Shown here: piece by piece, positions 34,621 to 48,345 of the stretch
Position numbering within the stretch: position 1 is the stretch's first letter
Layout of the letters: each line of letters opens with the position of its first letter
Assembly (NCBI RefSeq): GCF_026571515.1
Contig: NW_026856887.1
Location: 124,001 to 188,000, forward strand
Direction: 5' to 3'
DNA length: 64,000 nt
From: Ruditapes philippinarum
Lineage: Eukaryota
The notes under the pieces: model-generated
The model's input: the letters and a program-made list of their open reading frames with translations, nothing else
Database searches by the model: none
What the model was told of the DNA's origin: nothing
Made by a program: the position numbers and the translations under genes

Positions 34621-35120
34621 GCTGGCACCAATGATAATTAAGTTTAACAATTAAATATTCGGATCACAATGCATTGGTCTGTTGCTGTTATTCATTTGTT
34701 ATGAAACCATCCGTAATATAACTAAAGGTTGTAATTCCATTCGTCCGTTTTAATTGTAGCTTTTTTATAACTCTTGGTATACCACACCATCTTGAAGATT
34801 TTTCATACATTTTCTTGTCGCCCAATTAACACAATCTTGTCGCATCATTTATTTTATCTCTTCTTAAGATCATACATTTCTTTCACGAATTCAAAATGAC
34901 TTTTCATTTGGCCTGATATATATCTCTTTGAATAATAACATTTACAATTATTGATGGGACATTTTTGCAAATTCTATTGATCAAGTTTAAAATTTGTAAA
35001 AATCTTTGACATAAATATGTTTTGAGTCTGAAACCTTTCACAGAATAAACATATGTACTCCAAATAATGCCGGAAGTCACCATATGTCGATTATTGGCGC
35101 TGCTAGTAATTTCAATAACA

Positions 35121-36180
35121 TCTAAGAATCCAGAGAAAGAGTTGTAAGGAAAATCATTGTACATGAGGTACATAACGCTTACAGGACTTTCATTCTTCAC
35201 GAGATTGAGAATGAGGGCTTTTGTGGTAAATAGAAAACATCGTCGCAGATAAGACGTAAGTTCCGGGTGCAGGGGCAACAAAGTTTCTATTTAAGTTTTT
35301 GTAGCTATTGCCAACGTTTGTTACTACTCTGCCAAAAACAGATGTTTGGCAAATACAAACGTGTTCATGTGGTTAGATAATCTGACAAATAACTACGTTT
35401 TGTTCGTTTTTAACTCGTCTAATCGTAGCACGGGTTTTTTGCATGTCTGAAATATACTAAAAAATAAAAAGATCATTAGGATATATTCAAACAACTGCAG
35501 ATCAATGATTCCCCCTTCTATTATCAATATTGATATGTTTTGATAGTAGATACTTTAAATTACATTCAATATTATGAGGATTTTATGATTTCAAAGCACC
35601 TTTATACATGTAGCAAAATGTATACAGTTAATTCTGTAAATTTCATAATCTTTTATGTAGCGTTTACCTTACCTACAGGAGTGACAACCTGCTTTTCCGG
35701 TTTATTTTCCATGTCATCTGTTATGTTGACAACGATATCCGACTGGGTTTGTTTTATTTGAACATATTGTCTTCATTTTTTGTTGTTTACCACCTGTTTT
35801 CTCAAGATCATTCTCATACGATTGTTAAATCTGTCCAGAGAGCTTGTACATTGGCGTTGGACAGCAAGTTGTTTCTGCATGTTCATATTTAATCTTGTCT
35901 CTCTTAATGCTGTATGCGATTCAATTGACTAAATTTTGTTCGTTGTTGAACTTCATTTTTAGACGAAAGCTCTTCCTCACGATTCAAAAGCAGTCCTACA
36001 ACTTCATCTGTAGACCGAATATGACTAAGCAAATTGATGAAAATATCTTTATAATTTCCAGTGATTATATGTTGTGCCGTTGGAGACTGACGATACAATT
36101 ATCAATACAAGAATGACTAAAATTCTCGTATTCATTTTTATATACTCTCTGTCGGAATTAATTAACCTTTGCCTTTTCAT
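35121..36180 (-). pseudogene. C1qDC gene 5 (B-type), decayed
   Basis: Exon 2 35121-35446 with internal and 3' deletions; exon 1 35673-36180 with stops and frameshifts. Confidence 0.82.
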
Positions 36181-37136
36181 TTGTAATAAATAGGTCATAA
36201 GGTAACACCAGCGACATTGAATTTGAAATAGTTTTCGAGATAAGACGCTGTTCTAATAATACTTAATTTCGCTACAAGAATATCAATGAAATATTCGGAT
36301 CACAATGTATTAATCTGTTGCTTTTATTCGTTTGTTTTGAAAACATTCGTTACATTACTATTAGTTGTAATTCCATTTTTAGCTTTTTTCATCCCTTCTA
36401 ATATCGCGCCATTTATTTCATCTTTGCTGTGTCGTATCATTTATTTAATAATAAACACTCTTATTTCGTGAATTCAAAATAACATTTCATTTGGACTGGT
36501 AAATATCTCTTTGAATAACATTAACAATTATTGATTGGAAATTCTTGCAGATTCTTTTTGTAAGTCTTTGACACAAATATGTTTTGACGTGCCTGTTCGA
36601 GTCTGAAACAATACACAGAATAAACATGTTTACTCCAAATATTGCTATTACTTGCGCGTCTTGTAATTCAACAACGAATTGTCAATAATATCAAAGAACT
36701 ACGAACGGGGAATGTTACTGCCTTATAGATTTTTATTGAGACTGATTTCGATAGATGCATGATGAAAATTGCTACTGTCTAGAGTGATGCAAAGACAATG
36801 CGCAACATGTATCAATTAAATTTCCCTTTATAAAGCTGTGCACAAAACAAAAAACAGTTGGCGAAGTTTGTTTATAAATGCTTATTTCTCATTTAAGCGA
36901 TCAATCTGGAACAACAGTAATGATTCTGGTCAAGGTGTTAATTCATGTGTATGACCTTTCTTTGCATATACAGTCTTGGAAGACTTAAACACTTATAAAA
37001 TACATTACATTTAGTTCGGGTAACTCAATAATCTCGTACATTACAAAATGTTGTAATCAATAGTTAAAACTGCAATGCTTGTACTTAAGTTTATTATATA
37101 AACTGTATGATTCAACAATCATTTCATTTCCAAAGC

Positions 37137-38368
37137 TCACTTCCGCCCGAGAACAGCTTGGTCTGCAAATTTTTGCTGAAGTAGGAAACCGGAGAAAGAG
37201 TTGTAATGGACACCAAAGTAAGATACATCAGAATCGTTGTTTTGGATGAAGATGTCATCCCCTTTTTGAAGCTCTAGCACTATTGTCTGACTTGAAGTGT
37301 CATATCCCGCTTCTGATCCACTGACGTACATGTAACTTACAGGGCTTCCATTCTTAACGAATTGAGCGTGACCATTGTTGTGGTAACGAGAAATCAACGT
37401 GACAGAGAAAACGTATGTTCCGGATACAGGGGCGATAAAGTTTCCATTTAAGTTGTTGTAGCCATTGCCGACGTTGGTTACTACTCTGTCGAAAACAAAT
37501 GTCTGGGCAACTCCTGCGTGGTTCAAATGGTTAGATAATGTGGCAAAGAAGGCCACGTTTTGTTCGTTTTCAACACGTCGAATTCTTGCACGGGTACTGT
37601 GAATGTCTTGAATTTGAAAGAAAAAATTAAATTAATGCATTTGCATATTCGAATATATCACAGTCATGAATTTACAACTAATGAATCCAGAAATTAAATT
37701 TAAACGCCTTTTAACATATCTATATAACAATTTATAAACAGGTATGCTATTTACATTTACATATATGGTCGGTATTCAGAAAATGATAAGAGTGTATATT
37801 TCAATTAACCCGACTTCAATAACATTTTTTCACAATTATCTTCCGTAATATTTCAATATCTTAACATTGTAGTGTTTAACCTACCTTTTGAGGTTGCTAC
37901 AGGGCCTTGTGTTCTATTTTCATTTTCGTCTGCCACGTTGATACCACTATTTGGCTGAATTTGCTTTACTTTGACTCCGCTATCCTTATTTCCTCTCTGC
38001 TTGTTTACATATGAGCTAATGATTATTTTCATACGTTCACTGAATCTTTCCAGCGAGCTCGTACGCTGCCGTTGGACAGCCAGTTGTCTTTGCAGGTTTA
38101 TATTTAGCTGCTGTTGACTGGACTCACATTGCTCTAAGTGCTCAATACGATTCAACTGGTTCAAAATCACTTGTTGTTGAGCCTCGTTGTCAGATGCCAA
38201 TTGCTCCACACGACCCAAAAGTTGTTGGACTACATCTTCTGTTGACTCTAGATGACTCAGCAAATAATCGAGTTTATCTTCACCATGCTCAATAGGTTTT
38301 GAAGCATTAGATATAGACAAAATAACTGACAATATCCAAAAGATAAAGATGCTCATTTTTACGTCCAT
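37137..38368 (-). CDS. C1qDC gene 6 (A-type), intact
   Basis: Exon 1 37885-38368 (MDVKMSIFIFWILSVILSISNA signal peptide + coiled coil), phase-1 intron, exon 2 37137-37606 full gC1q; no lesions seen. Confidence 0.92.
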
Positions 38369-38654
38369 TCAGTTATAAATGTTTCGAAACCTACCTTATC
38401 AGTAGATTTAAACTTTATCTTAATTAAAATTTCAACTTTGAACACGAAAGTGTGACCTTTTATCATGAATATACTTTAGACCCTGTGTCGAATTAATTTG
38501 GTAAAATAGCTTTGAACAACTGCAATAATCTAATTAACTGCTTTACAACTAATTGTTTTATGACTTGCATTGACCACTTATTACACCAATATGTATAACC
38601 TTTATATTGTAAAAATATTTAAGATTATGGTAAATTTAGATATGAACATTATCT

Positions 38655-39882
38655 AAAACAAGAGGGCCATGATGGCCCTTATATCGCTCACCTGTATAAA
38701 AATACAAGGAGCAAATGATATTGTTAACAATGACTGAAAGCAGAAAAAATCTAAATCTTAAACTGATATCACAAAGTTCATATGTGTATCTGATATAGTA
38801 CGTAAGTAAAAACTTTACTGGTTGCTCTTGCTAAAAGAAAACAACAGTTCCAAAAGATGGCACTGTTTGCTATACAAAATAAATGTGTGAAGTCAATGCC
38901 TGCTATGAAATTCAGTTGAAGATTCACTCATTGCTATGGAAAGTCAATGTCTGCTGGTTGCTATGAAAAGCTACAGTTTGCTATGAAAAATCAATGGCTT
39001 GTATGAAGTCACTGTTTTTTTAACTATATACACATGTACATATAAAGTAAATCTATGTCACCCACGGCGGGACAATATTGACCAGAGGGCTATAATGTGA
39101 ATAATATTTGTAGAGGTCCACGAGACAATGTTACCAAATATCTACGCTAAAGCCTCTACAGTATAATAGAAGATTTTTTTGCTTTTCCTATAAACATAAA
39201 AGGAAAACAAATTACACCACGGGCGGCGCCAACTTTGACCTCAGGGATTTTATTTGAACAAACATGCTAGACAACCATTAGAAGATTTTTCATGTTTGAT
39301 ATCTAAGCTCCAGCTCCGGGCTTTCTTAGAAGATTTTATTTACTTTTCCTAAATATTTTTAATGAAAGCAATGACCCCTGGAGCGGAGCCAATTTTGACC
39401 CTAGGAATTCCATTTGAACAAACTTGGTAGAGGCCAACTAAAAGATGTTTCATGTTAAATTCGAAACTATTTGGACTTTTGAGAAGATAAATTTTGTTTG
39501 TTTTTACTATATACATAAAAGGAAAATCAATGAACCCTAAGGCGGGTCGAATTTCGGCCCAAAGGGATTTTTATTGAACAAACTAGGTAGAGACTTACAA
39601 GCATATGTTTCGTGCTAAATATCTGAGATTTGTTTTTCTTTTCGGTGTCATGGCAACTATAGTTCTGCATGGAATTGAATTCGATTCTTTGAACAATTTT
39701 AAGGGTGACCATCCAAGAAATATTCCCATAAAGTTTGGATGAAAATAGCTTAGTGGTTCATAGAATGTGTCGTTTAAAAGTTCATTGACGGAAACACGGC
39801 TGATGGACGAATGAACGCCAGACGAAAAGCAATCACAACTATATAACTAATAACCATATTACTTGCTACAGTTGAGCTAAAA
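38655..39882 (+). mobile_element. Helentron-like non-autonomous element
   Basis: AACAAGAGGGCCATGATGGCCCT 5' hairpin, degenerate ~165-bp units (GGGCGG..AATTTTGACC), GACGGA tract, TGAGCTAAAA end. Confidence 0.72.
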
Positions 39883-40403
39883 TAACGGTATATATTGTGA
39901 GTAAACTCAAGGGTAGAGTAACAGAAAGAAAATGTTATTATTTTTAATAACTATTTTGTCATGCAAACATATTCCACCAATGCCTTCAAATTTTCAGTAA
40001 GTGTCTAAATTTGAATCATTAAATTAATTAATGTTGACTAAACGTTAAGTATGAAATATGACACTTTTTTCTAATCAACTCATAGAGCCGATGTACTGTT
40101 TGTTTTATGTTTTACCAAAATATTGTATCAAATTTTGATGAGTTTGTAAAGTATTTCCAGTACGAAGAGCTAAAGTCTAGTTGAAGTAGATGTAGATAAG
40201 ACATATGATGGCATTATGGCAACAGTGATACATCGGTCCATGACGGTCATGGTCAACAAACAGAACGATGTTGTGAGTCAGAAATTGTCATGACCATAAC
40301 GCCACCTTTCTTTTAACATGTTATGAAGCCAGGCTACACGAGTTGTTAACAAGACTGTTATGATAAAGAGTTTGAGTGATATAAAAGTTATATGTTAAAA
40401 CAT

Positions 40404-41115
40404 AAATTTAACAAACTTGTCAACAAGTTCTCTTGCGTTAACGTTACCCCGTGATTTTTCTAAACTTGCATTTTCTAAACTTGTATTCTCTAAAAACACT
40501 GTCATATTACATAAAATTTGGAATTTTGATGAAAAGGAAAGAAAAATATCCTTTTATCCTGTATATTGAATATTTCCAGCTCTTTTATCATAATGACACT
40601 TAATAAAATGACATTTAACTTCATTCTTAAACTTTTAAGACAGATAAAATGAAAACTAAGCATCATCGTTCTTTTAATACTGGTTTAACATAATTCTTCA
40701 TTAACATCAATACACTTCCACTTAAGTCTATTTAATGGATTATACATTTAAATGTTTCTAAATTTAACAAACTTGTCAACAAGTTCTCTTGCGTTAACGT
40801 TACCCTGTGATTTTTCTAAACTTGTATTTTCCAAACTTGTATTCTCTAAAAACACTGTCATATTACATAAAATTTGGAATTTTGATGAAAAGGAAAGAAA
40901 AATATCCTTTTATCCTGTATATTGAATATTTCCAGCTCTTTTATCATAATGACACTTAATAAAATGACATTTAACTTGATTCTTAAACTTTTAAGACAGA
41001 GAAAATGAAAACTAAGTATCATCGTTCTTTTAATACTAGTTTAACATAATTCTTCATTAACATCAATACACTTCCACTTAAGTCTATTTAATGGATTATA
41101 CATTTAAATGTTTCT
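40404..41115. repeat. Near-identical 356-bp tandem duplication
   Basis: AAATTTAACAAACTTGTCAACAAGTTCTC..TTAAATGTTTCT at 40404-40759 and 40760-41115. Confidence 0.9.
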
Positions 41116-42492
41116 CAATATCTCATCTTGTGAATAAACAGTCTAATTTCAGTCATGTGTACCATATCGCAAGTAACGACCATATAAAATGTCTTGTGGA
41201 TATCTTTGTTTAATTAAGAAGCCTTCAGCTGTATCTCCATTAATCTGCAAGAAATTTGTATTTGATCACAGCTTCATTTAAACGATGCCCTAAGTGCTTT
41301 TTGTTTATTAGACAATATCAATTCATCTATTTTTGTTTTCATAAAAACTACATTAAGACCAATATAAGTTACTGTTATATGTTACGAATAACAATAATAC
41401 AATAAAATTGAAGATGTTTCCTGTAATTGTTTGAAATAACTATGACATTATTCATTATATATTCATTATTTCATCCAAATTATAAAAGAAATTACATGTA
41501 TTATAAAATGCATTACAGCAATCGTAAAATAGTAATCTAATAAATAAATCTATCTAACATAACTGACTCACTGGTACTAAATGTCAGTATACAATTATTA
41601 ATGATGTATATTAATTCTACAATTATCAAGTGCGTAATAATATCTAATGGATCGCCTTGCATTATTTGCTTCAAATCCTTCAATATTCTTATTCCTTACG
41701 TCATATAAACGATTTAGTTGTGGGGTTATTTTAGTATCCCTTCATATTACCAATGTTAATTTGATGGTGTTGTTTAAGTGTCCATTCTGAATTGCCACTA
41801 CCGCAATAATTTGAAACAGTTAAACAAAATGATATTAGTTCTACTTAATCTCCAAGAAATCAATATTCATTTTGACTATTGTTATCACCAATCTTATACG
41901 TTTTAAAACGTTACAAGGCTAGTTTTTTTGTATGTGGAACATGAATTATTACAATACATTCACTACCGTGTCGAGTTACAAAATGTACTGCACACATTTT
42001 AAAATAGGTCGGGTTTCATAAGCTTTTATTAATATATGCCTTATTTTATAACCAAAGAAAAAGAAGAGAAATAAATTTTATGGAGAATTTTTAAATCGAC
42101 TTATGTAAAGATTTTCTTATCTTTCGTTCTGTTACTAAGAAATGCTTGATGTTGAATGTGGGGCTTTTTTAAATTGATGCTGTTTTTCTGCAAAATATTT
42201 TAAAATTTTCTTCACGCAATCTGGCTTACTGACACTTATTTGTATTCCAGATGTAATATCTGGGCATATTCAGATGTGAATTGATGTAGAAACAATTGAA
42301 TTACACAACCAACCAATATTCCTATCAATATAACGTATATATAAATTGGATAACGCTGTAATATCTACACATTATGATAATGACTAGTAAAAGCTAGATA
42401 CCATAACATTTAACTGGTTTAACGGGTTTATATAGGACGTTTTATATTGGGCGTTTCCAGACTATTCTATTTGAAAGTAAGATTTATTATAT

Positions 42493-42767
42493 GGGACATC
42501 CGCCGCCGAATGATTAAAAGTCGTATACTTCAAATCACTTGCCACTCATCGCTGTAGGTTCGAATCCCGCCAGGGACCTTGTATTGTTCATGTGAGGAAG
42601 CGATCTAGCTGGCTAATGGAATGCCGGTTGATCTACTCAGGTGACAGGCTGTGCCCGACATAATGCACGGAAGGGTCCCCGAGGTTTTCCTCCACCAGTA
42701 AAGCTAGAAAGTCGTCAGTCATACGACCAATACTGTGTTGGTGCGATGTAAGACCCAACCAAAAAAG
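42493..42767 (+). mobile_element. tRNA-derived SINE (most complete copy)
   Basis: B box GGTTCGAATCCC, full body and CCCAACCAAAAA tail. Confidence 0.82.
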
Positions 42768-44146
42768 ACCAATTTACATTCATAACTAGTTTTTATTCTG
42801 TACAATTAAAGATATACTATGCTCAAATTTGATTTTTAAAAAACATTAATAATTACTACACAGTCTCTTTGTATGTATAAAATAAACATGTTTCGACTTC
42901 ATTTGAAGTAGATATGTTATGTTCTGAACTCTACACGCTACAGGCGGTCACAATGTGAATATATAGTGTCATTAAAAAACTGTTTTTTAAGAAAAGACCT
43001 TTACTTGACCCGTTATAGGGAATGCAGCTTCCGATACATTGTTTATTCATTATTTTATTCAAATTAAACATAATTATTCAGTAAGAATTTCATGGATTTC
43101 AATACAAATTTCTAAGATAAAAATATTTTACCCAAAGATGAGCATAGAATATCTGTTAATCTATAACTTGTAGTTTTAGTTGCAGTTTCAATCATCTTTA
43201 CAGTTTATTGTCCAACTGCAATTTGATGTGAAACATTTTGTTGGGAAAAGAATTCAGAGAAAGAGTGGTAATGAAAACCATGGTAGGCGGCATCGGCATC
43301 GTTGTTTGAAGATGTCATCTCCTTTCCTAAGCTCAAGCACTTAAATCACATACATCCTTTATAATACTACGGACACCCTGCTATCACAATCTTTATTTCT
43401 CTTCTGAAGAGAACTTGAATATTACTCTCTGTTTACAATAACTGATTTTACACTTGGCATCACATAGTCACTTATGTGTGCGACCAGAACCAATAACAGA
43501 TAAACAACATGATAATTTGACAATTATACTTTTTATTAAGGTACTTCATAACCTTGTGGCGGAAATTTTTGGCTGCAGACGGGCAAAACCCATAAATTTT
43601 ATCCAGTCCGGGGGAGACTACTAACTGCCTTGTTACACTGGCAAGTCAGTGACCCAGGTTTTACAACCTGGTGTCAGTCCCAAAAGTTGAACACGCTTAA
43701 GTGGACAGGTGTTAGCGGGCTGCCAAGATTACATCTGACTCCTGAGCAACGAGGGTCCCGGACGTAGCCCTGCCCTGGGCCTCCCCCTCCATACGTAGAG
43801 GTGAGGGGGGGTGCCAACGTAACCCTGGAGTGCACCCCACCATAATACATAAAAACTAATACATACAATGAACCTGCATGCTTTCAAGCAAGTCAGGCCA
43901 GGAGAAAGAGCCAGACAGTACCCGTAACCCCCTTTTTCGTCTCCCCGGGCCGCCACAGAAAATAACATTTTTTCTTCCATTATAAAATTTATACATAAAC
44001 AACATTGTAAACATGTTTGGAATAGGATTACTTATATACATTTTAAGATAAATGAACAGTATACATTTTAAGATAAATGAATGTAACAGTTTTTTGATAT
44101 TCATTTCAGTCATAACATGTAATGACATTCGCAGCTTTTATGATGT

Positions 44147-44768
44147 CTATAGGGTGGCTGTTGGTAATGTTAGTAAAGAATTGTCTGGTGTACTGTTAAT
44201 CAGAGACTGCAAAGCTGTCTTCCAGTTGTTGATAAGAATGGAATTACCCAAGCTTGACAAGTGTGTTCCATCAGTATGGAATAAGTTTACCTCCTTAGCA
44301 GAAATATTGTTATTGTCAATGTATTGACCTCCATTTTAAGAATAAAGGATTTGATTGCAATATTCACTCTTGTTCGTTTTTTTTTCTATTTTCTTTCCAG
44401 CACCAAGAGGTGCATAGTGCCAGTACCTCCTTTGAAGGATTGATGACCATATTATTGTAGTTTTACAGAAAAGTGCTTCATATCTCAGGATTGAACACTG
44501 AATCTTTTCTATCAACATTTTACCTGTGACTCCCTCTGATGTCAGATCATTGGAGCCGCAATGAATCAATATAAATTGTGGTTTTGGCATTTCCATTAAC
44601 ATCGAGTCCATGAGTTTATTCTAAACCATCAAAAAACGAGACCTCTGCATCCCTTCCACTTAACTGACATGTTATGCTTTGTAAAACCAAGTTGTGGGTC
44701 ATCCAGCCTTGCAGTTCTTTCAGCCCAGTGAACAATGGAGGACCCCATAATCCAGAGACATTTGTGAC
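44147..44768 (-). pseudogene. SGNH/GDSL hydrolase ORF of the retrotransposon (frameshifted)
   Basis: Block I LWIMGSSIVHWA, block III ILIHCGSNDL, block V FHTDGTHLS. Confidence 0.82.
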
Positions 44769-44836
44769 CTGAAATAACTTGGGGACAGTTAGTTTTTGGT
44801 TGATGTGTTGTAAAGATAGGAGAAAAAGGAAATTAT

Positions 44837-45740
44837 TTAGGGGTTTAACCTGATATAACGAGTGAAAACCTCAGACTTCCAGCGTCCCATGACCTTAATT
44901 CTGTCGTCGGGCACCCCAATACTGTGGAGGTATGTTGCTCCACCAATGCGAAAGCTATGTGATCTGACATGATCGGGAGCATCTATAAATTGTAAAGCTT
45001 TCTGTAAAAGTGAACAAAATTGATACTTTGTCAGGGGCTTGGTATTGAAGTGGATAAACAGATTATCCCTGTCGGCTGCATGGGGACGGTTCTTAAGGTA
45101 CTTTGATAGACTGTTAACTGGACAATGGATCCCACCATTAGCTTTAATTTGTAATGTGACCGATAGACCTAGCTGATCAGTTTTTGACCATCTAATTTTT
45201 AAAAAGACTGTGTTATTAGATAGATGAACATCACTAACTAACAACTGTTTATGGTTAGACGATCTAGTGCTGAGGTACTGTGAACTCACTGACTCTTAGC
45301 AAACCAAAGAATGCCAAGGAGAAAGCTGCAGTGAACATGACTTGTTCATATTTGTTGCTACATATATATTTTAGACTGTAAATCATTTTATCAAGTAAGG
45401 TAAGTGTAATAGGAGCCCTTAAAAATCATTAACATGCCTCCCTTTTACGCGGCGTAGGCCCTCAATTGCCTTAATCACTAAGAAGGATTTTGTGGGGTCT
45501 GTTAGACTACCCACTTTATGGGCATAAACCGATTCCCGACATTATAAGTAGAAATTGAAGAGGCGGACAGACCTTGCTGGGCGTAATAAGCAATAAAAAG
45601 AAGTAAATCTTTAATAGGGACTGGCCAAGTGTCTGGTAATTTGATAGTTATTTCTAAAGTTGGATAACTTTTGAATGCTTGTTGCATAGGTTTTACGGGT
45701 AGATGCAGCCACTGAATTAGAAATTAATAGCTGTGCAAAG
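44837..45740 (-). pseudogene. Tyrosine recombinase of the retrotransposon (frameshifted N-terminal half)
   Basis: FSLAFFGLLR, WSKTDQ, CPV, SHSFRIGGAT, GRWKSEVFTRYIR (R-K-HxxR-W-Y catalytic set). Confidence 0.9.
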
Positions 45741-45744
45741 ACTA

Positions 45745-47345
45745 TCTAGATGTTCCACAGGTGGGATGGAAAATCTGTGTGGGTTGCCAGTCTGCCTCTG
45801 GCGCTGCCTGTCTGAATCTGGCCCACTGTGAACGAGAAAGTGGCATCTGCTATGACGTTTTTTTTCTAGAAGGGATGTAAAGTGGCTTTAATAGAGATAT
45901 TGTGAGTTAGCATAACCAAAAACTAGATGTCTAACTAGATTCATAATTCTCTCAGATTTTACATGTTTGAGATGAAATGATATGTATCACAGCTTGATTA
46001 TCTATGTGGAATAATATTTTCTTATTACGAAAAGAATTTTGACCAAGTAACAATGGCTGCCACAACTGGAAAAAAACTCTAACAGAGTCATGTCTCTAGT
46101 GAGTCCTCCTATAACCCAATGTGAAGGCCATGAGCCCTGTGACCAATGGCCTGCAAAATAGAAACCATACCCTCCTGTAAACACCACCTGAACTATATAT
46201 TTCAAGGGTGTGTCTGAAAAGCCAAATAGGGTCAGATATCAAGGTTATTCCATTGTATGACTGGAGGAAATGTAACCAAAGACCTAGGTCTTTACGCATA
46301 TTGGCAGAAACCCTTATCTTATGATGAGGTTTTTATTACACCTATTGGTTGCATCAATTAGCCTTCTGCAGAATGCTCGCCCTGGGGCAATAACTCTGCA
46401 AGCCAAAATTCAAAGATCCTAGTAGGGGACTGCATGTCCTTGAGGGAAATTTTTTTAGCATTTATTGCTATGATAATTTTTTGTCTAAGATCTACGAGCT
46501 TGTCATTAGGTAACCGCATTGACAGCTGTACAGTATCAAATTCAACCCCCAGGTAAACCAAACATGTAGATGGAGCACATGTTTTTGTCAAGCGCAATTG
46601 GTATACCAAATTTTTTACAAGTATTTTCAAAAGACTGCAATGTATGTCCAGGGTTGAATATGATTAGATGACTCACCAGATAGGAAGTCATCTAGATAAT
46701 GCAAGATGTTTGAGTTATGACTATTGGCAACTACCACCCAATGTAAAAACGGAAGCAAATTTTTCCCAGAGGGCACAGCTAATTGAAGACCCAAAGGGAA
46801 GCATTTTGTCATAAAAATAGTAAGTAAACTGGTTTACCTTTTTCTCTGACCATTACTTTAAAACCAAGCAGGTCAAAGTCTGCTTGGGGAAATGGGGAGA
46901 AGGCGAAATGCTGACTTTACATCAGATTTGCTAAGTAGGGCACCCTGACCTAATCTGGCAACCATATCTGCCGCTTTGATCAATTGTTGAGTACGACACA
47001 GAGCAATTGATCTTCATCAATATAGTCATTAATAGATCTATTTCTGGGATAAGACAGGTGCGTGAATTAGACGGTAGTCACCGCCTTTTTTTGGGAAACT
47101 AAACCAATGGGGAGAAATTTGTAATGTTGGAAATGGGATTCTGAGAAATGGGCTTGCTACCCTACCGACTTGTACTTCTTTAATTATCTTTTGTATGCAG
47201 GACCCCTGGGAGTTCCCTGGCACTGCGTAAATTTGGAGAGTTCTCTCTGTACCCGGGGGCCCTCGTATTGTAAGGGAAAACCTTTTGATATGCCTGTGAT
47301 AAGGTCTTTTGCTGCACTAAATGGTAAAGTTTCAAAGCTTTTAGT
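45745..47345 (-). pseudogene. Reverse transcriptase / RNase H of the YR retrotransposon (frameshifted)
   Basis: PKKGGDYRLIH, KSDVKSAFRLLP, LHYLDDFL, YLGVEFDTV..MRLP.DKL, DLGLWLHFLQSYNG, DMTLLE fragments in alternating frames. Confidence 0.85.
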
Positions 47346-47348
47346 AAT

Positions 47349-48345
47349 TCAGTGATATTTAATGGTGTATTGCCGATCTGATTTAAAAGAGGTGACGGGT
47401 ACTATTGACCAGTGTTGGCATACTGTCTGTGCATGTTTTCCTCCGCATAGCCTGCAGACATGACTGTACCTACAAGGAGTAAAAGGACAATGACTACCAG
47501 AATTGAAGTAATTACATGAAAATGACTTAGGACTGGAGGTACGTTGTTTATTAAACTTAACTGCAGGGGTGTCCGTAATTTGAGATGTTGTTTTACTATT
47601 ATAGGCAGTACTCCTGGTTTGACCTGCAAAATCAGGTACTCTCGGTGATTGACCATTTACATAGAGCAACCAAAGTTCTAAATCAATGGTGCCCCAAGAC
47701 CTAGATGGGTTGTTTGATTGGACCTGGCGGAATTGTTCATCATATTTCCACCAGGAGTCTGATCTTGTTGCTGCTAAGCGTACATCCCGGAGGTATTTTA
47801 ACAGCTCCTGGGATCTGTTGGGAAACCTCTCTAGGTAAATGCTAATAAAAACGATGAATGCCGATGTCCATTGTTCAATAGACATTTTGAAATTTGACCC
47901 CCTTGGCTTTGTGACGCATAACCTCCCGTTTCTAAACTGCAGTTCCCCAATTTGACCCTCTTCAGAATACTCTTTGAAGCTGGCGGGATGACTTTAGCAG
48001 AAGTGCCAGGTCGGTAAATTCTCCAGCCCAATTTTTTTCTTTTATTTTTACAGGAATAGTACTTCCTAAACTATGAAAATTTTCATCAATGTTTACAGGA
48101 TTTGATAGTTGAGTTGGCGAGTTATGAAACCATTACTGAATCAAAAGGTTGATAATCTAATGAGGGTGGCGATGGAAATGAAACATACGGCCGGGTACCT
48201 TGTAATGGTGATTCCCGCGCTTCTACATCGCCGCCTCCCTGACTGGCACTGTTAACCGGTGTTCCGCCTTGGGATTGTCTGCTGCGTTTAGCCTATTCTC
48301 AGTCGCATCTGTCCCGCTCCTTTTCTTGGTTTTACTTTTTGGCAT
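47349..48345 (-). pseudogene. gag-like ORF of the YR retrotransposon (frameshifted)
   Basis: Probable start MPKSKTKKR; SIEQWTSAF..LLKY..W.KYDEQFR..W..IDLELW; C-terminal CNYFN..C....CRYSHVCRLCGGKH Cys/His cluster. Confidence 0.8.

Noticed and set aside
43403-43425. CTGAAGA as a second hammerhead core in the YR element
   Set aside because: No stem II followed by GAAA; only a short palindrome TCTCTTCTGAAGAGA
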